8,087 nt of DNA, from the NCBI RefSeq assembly GCF_006345805.1, contig NW_021828572.1, forward strand, positions 1 to 8,087, read 5' to 3'. Shown here in pieces: positions 1-7,186 of the stretch. The notes under the pieces were generated by a model. It was not told the DNA's origin, made no database searches, and saw nothing but the letters and a program-made list of their open reading frames with translations. Numbering within the stretch: position 1 is the first letter of the stretch; each line of letters begins with the position of its first letter. The position numbers and the translations under genes were made by a program. Origin of the DNA: Octopus sinensis. Taxonomy: Eukaryota.

Positions 1-42
1 ATTAACCTGACACCAATAAACGCTCTGGTTCCATTCCATTTC

Positions 43-48
43 TTTATT
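43..48 (-). terminator. Candidate polyadenylation signal (AATAAA, minus strand)
   Basis: + strand TTTATT at 43-48. On the minus strand a CA lies 15-17 nt downstream, then GTTTATTGGTGT. The hexamer is common in AT-rich DNA. Confidence 0.25.
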
Positions 49-121
49 ATTAGTCAATTGGTTAATTATTTAACCAACCAACTAATCGATCGCTTGCTTT
101 ATCAGTCACTCAAACAACCAA

Positions 122-235
122 TTAGTTGCCTGTCAATGTCCTTGCCTCTCTAGATTTGAAGCAGAGCTGGAGGAGACGCGGAATATCATTGATAAGTTCG
201 CGGATGCCGACGGAAGGACCTTCACAGACAACTGA
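122..235 (-). CDS. Alternative reading of the same island as a minus-strand terminal exon: SVVCEGPSVGIRELINDIPRLLQLCFKSREARTLTGN*
   Basis: Minus-strand acceptor TTTCTTGCTTTGTCAG (AG at + 236-237, second AG at 232-233). Open frame to TAA (+122-124). Minus-strand AATAAA at 43-48 followed by CA and a GT-rich tract. In register with the plus frame, so one of the two may be an antisense shadow. Confidence 0.35.
   Translation of the reverse strand, partial: SVVCEGPSVGIRELINDIPRLLQLCFKSREARTLTGN
154..235 (+). CDS. Candidate terminal coding exon of an unidentified gene, plus-strand reading: (R)FEAELEETRNIIDKFADADGRTFTDN*
   Basis: Pyrimidine tract and acceptor TCCTTGCCTCTCTAG (AG 152-153). GC-richer island in AT-rich flanks. 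Purine-first codon bias, TGA at 233-235. A second plus frame (DLKQSWRRRGISLISSRMPTEGPSQTTD*, TGA 237-239) is also open. Protein family not recognised. Confidence 0.45.
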
Positions 236-577
236 CTGACAAAGCAAGAAATTGATTATTCACTTGGTTAAATAACGAACCAATTGATAGTTATAATGAA
301 GTAAAATAGAACCAGTGCGTGTGGTCATTAATGTTGTACTGATCATCCTGGGCTACAAAAAAATTTCTTTCAACGCACGAATTTCCATCAAGAATCTGGC
401 AAATGAACAAGAAAAATCTTACTCTAGATTAAACAGAATCTTTAAAACTCAATTTAGCTTGTGAGATAGCAATCCTTCAATGATAGACTAAACATTAGAA
501 AATCTCTCTACTTGTTGCAAATAAGAAAATACACGTAGAAACATAACATTACGGTTACTATTGAACAATTAATTATA

Positions 578-1160
578 TTGGGTTGTCCGGAAAGTTCGTG
601 CCGATCTATAGTAGCTTACTTTTCGACTTATTTTAGAACATGGTTGTGTTCATAAAATAGGATTTGACTACACCTCCATTTAGAGCACAGTTTCAGCTAT
701 CTTTTCGTGGAAGAAGGTTTATCTTCTTATAACCTGTGTAACCCTTTAAAATGGAACTCTGTAACCCTTTAAAATGGAAGATAGGAAAGTTCATTTTCGG
801 CACTTGATGCTTTGGGAACCAGACAAAAATTGCTGCAGCTCGGCTGGGATGTGTTACCCCGCCACCCTCCATATTCACCAGATATTGCTCCTTAGGATTT
901 CCACTTATTCAGGTCTCTGCAGAATAGTCTTAATGGTAAAAATTTCATTTCCTTGGATGACGTAAAAAGATACCTTGATGAATTCTTTGCCATGAAACCA
1001 CCTCAATTCAGGGAAAAGGGTATTTTCAAGTTAAAGGAAAGATGGAGACGCATTGTGCAACAAAATGGTTCATATTTGGTTGATTAAAAATATAATGGCA
1101 AGTATTTCTTGACCTTTTTCTTTCCTTTAAAAATCGGCACGAACTTTCCGGACAAGCCAA
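578..1160 (+). mobile_element. Non-autonomous, internally deleted mariner (Tc1/mariner) DNA transposon, 583 bp
   Basis: TIRs 578-605 (TTGGGTTGTCCGGAAAGTTCGTGCCGAT) and 1133-1160 match at 27/28 positions. TA flanks both ends (576-577, 1161-1162). Transposase remnants lie inside. Confidence 0.96.
774..1087 (+). pseudogene. Mariner transposase remnant: N-terminal 15 codons fused out of frame to the C-terminal ~89 codons
   Basis: 774-818 = MEDRKVHFRHLMLWE, like mellifera-type N-termini. From 818 in another frame: TRQKLLQLGWDVLPRHPPYSPDIAP*DFHLFRSLQNSLNGKNF...KLKERWRRIVQQNGSYLVD* (TAA 1085-1087). Contains the mariner YSPD(L/I)APSD motif with a TAG at 893-895. Confidence 0.95.
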
Positions 1161-1449
1161 TACATAATGAAGTGAATCTGAACCAGTGCGTGTGAAATAA
1201 CAAGTCTTTGATGGTAGGCTAAATATCATAAAAGCTCTCCACTTGTTGCGGATAATAAAATACTTGTAGAAACACAATGTTATGGTTAGGACTGAACTAT
1301 GGAAATGTCTAATATACTGATACGCTTCCGACTCAATCGTCACGATTGGTAATCGATAGACGATAGTTTAATATGCGGTATTAGCGTGTTATTGTTTTTT
1401 TCACCTATGTAACATATTCAAATATTGATTTTTAAGCATGCCTACACGG

Positions 1450-1549
1450 CTACTACTACTACTACTACTACTACAACTACTACCACCACCACGAGCACCA
1501 CCATCACCACTACTACTACTACTACCAATACCACCACCACCACCACCAA

Positions 1550-1590
<41 letters not shown>

Positions 1591-1723
1591 TACTACTACT
1601 ATACTACTACTATACTACTACTATACTACTACTACTATACTACTAATACTACTACTACTATACTACTACTACTACTACAACTACTACTACTGCTACTACT
1701 ACTATTACTACTACTACTATTAT

Positions 1724-1767
<44 letters not shown>

Positions 1768-1789
1768 ATAATAATAATAATAATAATAA
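1450..1789. repeat. Compound trinucleotide microsatellite (CTA)n/(CCA)n ending in (ATA)n
   Basis: Direct reading; explains the poly-T/L/V ORFs. Confidence 0.98.
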
Positions 1790-1939
1790 CACGGTAGTAG
1801 GTGTACGTGTTGAATTCAAGTACCTAGAAATTTCAAGTGTGATACCTTTCGATCTTGTCACGATCCGGTGCAAGGAAATATCGATTGATTAAAAGCAATG
1901 ACTCAAGTCATCGATTGGAAGATGATACTTCGATCAAGG

Positions 1940-2055
1940 CACACACGCTCGTTCAATCAATATTCCCATACACGCACGAAGGCACACGTGCGCGCACACA
2001 CGGACACACGCACACAACACACACACACACACACACACACTCACATATATATATA
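1940..2055. repeat. Degenerate (CA)n/(CG)n/(TA)n microsatellite
   Basis: Direct reading; pure CA run about 2017-2040. Confidence 0.9.
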
Positions 2056-2276
2056 CTATTTTACTGTTTTATTTGTTTCAATAATTTGACTGTGGCTATG
2101 CTGGAGCACCGCCTTTAGTCGAACAAATCGACCCCAGAACTTATTCTTTGTAAACCTAGTACTTATTCTATAGGTCTGTTGCGCCGAACCGCTATGTTAT
2201 GGGGACCTATATACACCTGTATCGGTTGTCAAACGACGGTGGGGAAAGGAGAAAAACCCAGACACACAAACACGCA

Positions 2277-2279
<3 letters not shown>

Positions 2280-2342
<63 letters not shown>
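2280..2342. repeat. (TA)n then (TG)n microsatellite
   Basis: Direct reading. Confidence 0.97.
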
Positions 2343-2347
<5 letters not shown>

Positions 2348-2458
2348 AATGAAACAGTTCTAGTCCTGTAGAAGCTCCTTCTATAAAATAAATTACTTCA
2401 CTCTGCAATGTATTGAGTACCTTATTTACTGTGGTTAACCCCGACTCAACCCGGGACC

Positions 2459-2460
<2 letters not shown>

Positions 2461-2498
<38 letters not shown>

Positions 2499-2538
2499 GT
2501 ATATAATATATATATATATAATATATGCATATATATAT
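2461..2538. repeat. (TA)n microsatellite
   Basis: Direct reading. Confidence 0.97.
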
Positions 2539-2824
2539 GCGACGGCTTCTTTCTGTTTCCGTCTACCAAATCCACTAGCAAGGCTTTGCAGATGACACTT
2601 GCCGAAGGTGTCACGCAGGGGATTGAACCTGAATCCATAAGGCTGGAAGGCGAGCTTCTTTGTCACGCAATGACCTTCAACAGCTCAGTTTCTTTTATTC
2701 AATATGGTTGAATAGTTCTGGAAGCAGATTCTTCCAGGAACTTTTCTCTTTACCGATATTTTTTCTCTTAAGCAACATCACAGATGTTCTCTCATTATTG
2801 GGCGATGCTGCCGGCATACAGACA

Positions 2825-2825
<1 letters not shown>

Positions 2826-2886
<61 letters not shown>

Positions 2887-2902
2887 TACACACACACACA
2901 CA
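2826..2902. repeat. (CA)n microsatellite
   Basis: Direct reading. Confidence 0.98.
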
Positions 2903-2949
2903 AAATGCATACTTCAGAGAGCGGCAGAAAGATCAAAAGGAATTTATAC

Positions 2950-3085
2950 AAGACCAAAACAAATATAACAAAAACAGAAACAAAAACAAAAAAAAATAGG
3001 ATGAACAGAAAAAATTCTGACAAACCTAATAAAAAATAGGTAAAAAAAAAATTATAAAAGAAAACGACAAAAATTTAAAATAACA
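2950..3085. repeat. A-rich low-complexity tract
   Basis: Runs of A/AAAC/AAAT. Confidence 0.85.
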
Positions 3086-3119
3086 AATGTTTGTGTCTTT
3101 GATGTTTGTGTCTTATAAT

Positions 3120-3265
3120 GGCTCATAATTTTGGCTGACGGCCAGCAATTTTAAGAGGAGGGAGCAGTCGATACCATTGATTGTTATACTTGAATGGTAC
3201 TTTATTGTATCGGCCCTGAGGTGGGGTGAAAGTTAAAGTTGGCTTCGGTGGGATTTGAACTCAAT
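3120..3265 (-). mobile_element. Highly decayed copy of the SINE family seen at 3339-3500
   Basis: Colinear similarity to 3345-3480 (CAGTCGAT..., TGGTACTTTATT, GTGAAAG..AAAGT, GGGATTTGAACTCA). Confidence 0.65.
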
Positions 3266-3338
3266 ATGCAAACAACTGTTGCTGGTTTTTAATTAAGGCA
3301 CGAATACTGAAAATTTGGAAGGAAGAAAGTAGTCAATA

Positions 3339-3565
3339 CTCCTTTTGACTGTAGGAACAAGGGCTGAAATTTTATTGGAAGGGGCAAGTCGATTACTTCG
3401 ACCCATTACACAGCTGGTACTTAATTTATCGACTCCGAAAGGATGAAAGGCAAAGTCGACCTCGGAGGAATTTGAACTCAGAACGTAGCAGCAGACGAAA
3501 TATCTATTTCTTTACTACCCACCAGAGGCTCAACACAGAGGAGACAAACAAGGACAGACAGACGG
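3339..3565 (-). mobile_element. tRNA-derived SINE with a Deu/Nin-like central domain, followed by a related repeat tail (3500-3565)
   Basis: Minus-strand B-box GAGTTCAAATTCC (+3467-3479), then GTCGACTTTGCCTTTCATCCTTTCGGAGTCGATAAATTAAGTACCAG. 3414-3464 is 49/51 identical to 7261-7311. The Deu/Nin assignment is from memory of the consensus. Confidence 0.8.
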
Positions 3566-3594
3566 ACATCAACTGGTTAAATTAACATATTCAC

Positions 3595-3680
3595 CTCTCA
3601 TATCAACTGAATTTCTCCGGTCTACACCTTCCTCGTGAATTTTGAAAATTCTAGTCAGTCTCTTAAACCTTTTCTCAGAA
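3595..3680 (-). CDS. Candidate internal exon: (S)SEKRFKRLTRIFKIHEEGVDRRNSVDMR
   Basis: Acceptor TTCCACCAG (AG +3681-3682; alternative AAG at 3698-3699), donor GAG|GTGAAT (+3593-3594). Purine-rich open frame. Short enough to occur by chance. Confidence 0.3.
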
Positions 3681-3846
3681 CTGGTGGAATCGATATTCTT
3701 TAAATAAATCGATTATTAAAGATGGCAACTATATTTAATTCATTCTAATAACGTTTCAAATCACGCACGACTGTAGGAACATCGTCATAGGTCACCCAAC
3801 ATGCATAAAATAACAGACAAATAGAGAAATTATTTATTTTTTTCAG

Positions 3847-4003
3847 ATCACGATCTACCGTATAAAAATAGTAAGAAAACTCGATATTTTTCCAAATATA
3901 TTACGGCCGAAACAAAAAGAGTGGTGGGCGTTGCTGGAACGCCCTTAATCGCAGGTTTGTTCAATCAGGGTCCATCAACGGCTAAACAACATCAATTGTT
4001 ACT
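3847..4003 (+). CDS. Candidate internal exon (157 nt, phase 1 to 2): HDLPYKNSKKTRYFSKYITAETKRVVGVAGTPLIAGLFNQGPSTAKQHQLL
   Basis: Strong acceptor TTATTTATTTTTTTCAG (AG 3845-3846) and canonical donor GTAAGT (4004-4009). Exactly one stop-free frame lies between them. No family recognised. Confidence 0.5.
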
Positions 4004-4241
4004 GTAAGTTAATGAAAGAGATTATTGTTAGAGATACTTGCAGAATCCCTCTCAAAACGCATCCTTCCGTTTAATGAAAAATAGGGAAGAAAATGGAATA
4101 ACATTTATAATGTAGTAGACAAGAGAGTCACGGTTGGAATGCCGTAACTGTATTGATCATACGGTTTGTTCAATAGGAGTTGAACTGAAGTTGAACGATA
4201 ACAGTAACAACATGATTTTCTATATGTAATTCGAATTTTGT

Positions 4242-4296
4242 GGAGGCTCGTGGCTTCGTGGTTAGGGCGTTGAACTCATTATCGTAAGGTTGTGAT
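4242..4296 (+). mobile_element. tRNA-derived SINE head fragment, truncated at the B box
   Basis: GGAGGC start, A-box-like TGGCTTCGTGG (4251-4261). Colinear similarity to the head of the SINE at 8070-8005. Confidence 0.65.
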
Positions 4297-4487
4297 TGCT
4301 CAAAGAGAATTACCACCAGAATTAGAATAGCCTGGGCAAAGTTTAGAAAGCTTCTACCCCTACTAGTGAAAAAAGCTTCTATCCCTACTAATGGAAAAGT
4401 GCCTCTCAGAGTGAAAGGTAGATTGTACGATGCATGTGTGCGAACTGCCATGTTTCATGGCTGTGAAACATGGGCCGTGATTGCAGA

Positions 4488-4491
<4 letters not shown>
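4297..4491 (+). mobile_element. RTE-clade LINE fragment (region just C-terminal of the RT core)
   Basis: Translates as CSKRITTRIRIAWAKFRKLLPLLV...LRVKGRLYDACVRTAMFHGCETWAVIAED, matching the RTE/BovB-type motif (K..LY...V...mlyG.ETW). Contains a 25-bp tandem duplication (4347-4371 vs 4372-4396, 22/25). Confidence 0.9.

Positions 4492-4575
<84 letters not shown>
4491..4575. repeat. Pure (TA)n microsatellite terminating the LINE fragment
   Basis: Direct reading. Confidence 0.99.
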
Positions 4576-4578
<3 letters not shown>

Positions 4579-4957
4579 TGCACAGTAAGTAAAGTAATTA
4601 TATATTGAATTAGGTGCATATTTTGTCATAAAAGGAAAATGTTGCTATCGATCTATTTTATTCATGGTAGGCCCTGCCTACCTTGCCTAGCAGGGCGACA
4701 CGTCCCTGGTATATATATACATTCACATTCACATGTAGTCGAGTGAAAGTTGTAAAACATATCAAGAATATATTCCTAGTAGTGCAAAACGTTATCTGAT
4801 GCAGAAGTTAAATAAGTAAAGTCGATAGATTTGATATGACATGAAAAGTTGAGAGTCTGCTCATGGTTTCGCCCAGAGCTAGGCTGGTTAAGACAGCAAT
4901 GAACAGAGCAGCCAGTGGCTGATCTCAGACTAAACTGTCAACGGCTCTTATGCTAAA

Positions 4958-5056
4958 CACATACACACATATATATAGATACATAAGTGTATACTTACAC
5001 CCACATAATACATATATATATATACATATAATATATATATATATATATAATATACA

Positions 5057-5110
<54 letters not shown>

Positions 5111-5402
5111 TATATACACATATATATATATTATATATATATATATAATATATATATATACATGTATATATACACACACATATTTCGTACATATAAAGCA
5201 CACAGTTTGTATGAATATGTATGCAGATGTATGTAATGTATAGTTACGTTTATATGTATTTATGTATATATATATATTCATATACATACATGTATATGTA
5301 AGTATATGTATATGCATATGATATATACATACATATATATATACATATACATATATATCCATATAAATATATACGTATACATGCATACACACACACACAC
5401 AC

Positions 5403-5449
<47 letters not shown>

Positions 5450-5505
5450 GATATATATATATATATATATATAATATATATATATATATATAATATATAT
5501 ATATT
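4958..5505. repeat. Long compound (TA)n/(CA)n/(TATG)n microsatellite field
   Basis: Direct reading; explains the (IY)n ORFs. Confidence 0.97.
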
Positions 5506-5639
5506 TAGTATGTTAGTTGTTAAAACTGAAGTTGAGAGTTTATCTCGTTGCTTTAGTTTCAAGCCAGTTCAATCTTCAGGCAAAACATATAATGCTTACA
5601 TATGCGTATATTCGTATTACGCAAAGCTTTACTTATCGA

Positions 5640-5840
5640 TTTTGTCCTTCCTTTCCAGAGTGTTTTTTGTAGTTTCTTTTCTCTTCCACTCTAACCCCTA
5701 ACACATTTTACTTCATTCCTCTTTTTTTTTCCTTCTTCTTACCACTTCCACTCCTCATTCGCCCATCTCTTCAGAGTCAGTTTCTTCTCTCTTCGACGGA
5801 AACTTTTGCCTCGAAACTTTAAACTTCTCTTCTTTCTCAC
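5640..5840. repeat. Pyrimidine-rich low-complexity tract
   Basis: C/T-rich on the + strand. Confidence 0.7.
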
Positions 5841-5889
5841 ATGAAATATATACGCCTGCCCTTTTGCCCTACCACTGTTACAACTATTA

Positions 5890-6160
5890 TTTATCTTCTA
5901 CTTGTTGCAGTCATTAGACTGCAGCCATGCCGGAGTACCGCATGATAAGGTTTTGTCAAACAGATCGACCCCAGCACTTGTCTTTTAAATCTATTTCCCA
6001 ATTAACAGGTTTCCTTTGCTGATTCACTAAGATATTGGGGCGTAAACAAACCAGCGCCGGTTGTCAAGTGGTGGAAGAGAGACAAACGCAAGCACAAAGA
6101 CACACACACATAGATATATATACATACACGCACACACATACAAATACATACAAATACCTT
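5890..6160 (-). mobile_element. 3' part of the same SINE family as 2056-2275, plus its CA/TA microsatellite
   Basis: Shared blocks: GACTG..GC.ATGC.GGAG.ACCGC, ATCGACCCCAG, GGTTGTCAA, GACACACA. Confidence 0.85.
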
Positions 6161-6177
6161 TGTTTTTATATGCACAG

Positions 6178-6256
6178 GTTCCAACAGACTCTACAAGACA
6201 TGGTGAACAATTTGTTCTTTCCAACAGACTCCCTATGTAAATTCTTCAACGTCTAA
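6178..6256 (+). CDS. Candidate terminal exon: FQQTLQDMVNNLFFPTDSLCKFFNV*
   Basis: Acceptor CTTTGTTTTTATATGCACAG (AG 6176-6177); alternative in-frame acceptor TTTGTTCTTTCCAACAG (6226-6227). TAA at 6254-6256, AATAAA at 6368-6373. Phase-compatible with 3847-4003. Weakened by an internal 13-bp direct repeat and by lying between two SINE halves. Confidence 0.3.
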
Positions 6257-6559
6257 TACTTACCTGATGATATTTTGTTCATAACTTATAAATGCAAATT
6301 TATTGCAAAAATTTATAATTTATTGAGTATAAATTGAAACAATTGTAGGACAGATTATCAATATGTTAATAAATTAGCCTTTAACACTCCATTTTCTTCT
6401 CTTAGTTGAATATAGATCATATCCTTAATACTTGCCTATTTATTTTATGGAAATCGCCCCCTTCTCAATAATATAAGGTATAAAACTGTGATCTTGGATT
6501 TAATCATCCCTTTAAGCGGTAAATATACCCTCGCATTAACTTAATATGTGTGTGTGTAT

Positions 6560-6965
6560 TCGAGTGGCTTATTTAAGTTTCCTTGAACCGAATCCACTCA
6601 GAAGGCTTTGGTCTGCCTGGGGCTATAGTATGTTTTATATAAATTTAGGGTGAATACTTGATAAGTGTAAGCACCTGTATACGCCAGCTAGTAGTGTGAT
6701 GTAACTCTTTGGAATAACAATGCATGAGGCTGAAGAGAGCTTTAAACCATTCTTTATGTCTATTATACACTGATGTAAGAATAGGACGTTTATAAAGCTT
6801 GAAATACGTGTACCGGGATATCCTTCGTGTTCTGTTTTTGATTTCATTTGATACGTATGTTTTATATATATAGAACATATTCACTTTCCCAAGGTCGCAC
6901 ACAGAGGAACTGAAACACAAACCATGCGGTTGAGAAGCAAACACCTTACCACGCAGCCTCGCCTG
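6560..6965 (-). mobile_element. tRNA-derived SINE head (same family as 2539-2670), split by an insertion at about 6631-6870
   Basis: 6560-6630 (AATCCACTCAGAAGGCTTTGGTC..GGCTATAGTA) and 6871-6965 (CACTTTCCCAAGG..GGAACTGAAAC..AACCATGCGGTTG..CTTACCACGCAGCC) are consecutive parts of the head seen at 2539-2670. Confidence 0.8.
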
Positions 6966-7186
6966 CGCTAATCCTTTGTACTACAAAACTAACACGGAAT
7001 ATCAACAGTATTAACGGCCATCTTGCAAAGAAAGTGTTTACTCAATCAATGGACGAGTCTACTCGTGGAGAAACTTGATATGTTGTTGTAGAGGTCGTTG
7101 TTTTAGAAGTCATTCTGCGACCACATATTGATCAGAAGAGACAGATGTGGTAGCTAATCTCCTTCGCATAGCAAAATGCATAATAT

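Larger units (their letters stand above)
277..1293. repeat. Decayed tandem duplication: copy 1 = 277-562; copy 2 = 563-577 plus 1163-1293, interrupted by the mariner and lacking 140 bp
   Basis: Manual ungapped alignments: 293-323 vs 1164-1194 = 27/31 identical; 464-570 vs 1195-1301 = about 80/107 identical, mostly transitions. Confidence 0.85.
2056..2670 (-). mobile_element. tRNA-derived SINE (head 2539-2670, internal microsatellites, 3' part 2056-2275) with a foreign insert at about 2343-2460
   Basis: B-box-like GGTTCAATCCC on the minus strand (+2619-2629). Head is similar to 6560-6965 and 3' part is similar to 5890-6110. Matches my recollection of an abundant octopus SINE. Confidence 0.85.

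Noticed and set aside
1425-1873. ORFs encoding poly-Thr, poly-Leu and poly-Val
   Set aside because: Translations of the (CTA)n microsatellite.
2695-2816. Minus-strand frame MPAASPNNERTSVMLLKRKNIGKEKSSWKNLLPELFNHIE with a possible 54-nt cassette exon
   Set aside because: Splice signals are mediocre and adjoin a TG repeat; no independent support.
4170-4451. 93-aa minus-strand ORF
   Set aside because: Antisense to the RTE fragment and SINE head.
4800-4925. Minus-strand frame resembling a signal peptide (PLAALFIAVLTSLALGET)
   Set aside because: Preceded by an in-frame stop, no ATG, no good donor.
4925-5701. (IY)n, (HT)n and (CV)n ORFs here and at 1855-3023 and 7235-7752
   Set aside because: Dinucleotide repeats lack stop codons; no coding evidence.
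5690-5702. Telomere-like CTAACCCCTAAC
   Set aside because: Fewer than two imperfect units.
5760-5840. CTCGAAAC in a pyrimidine tract, reminiscent of a Penelope terminal repeat or hammerhead
   Set aside because: No CUGANGA core on the same strand and no convincing stems.
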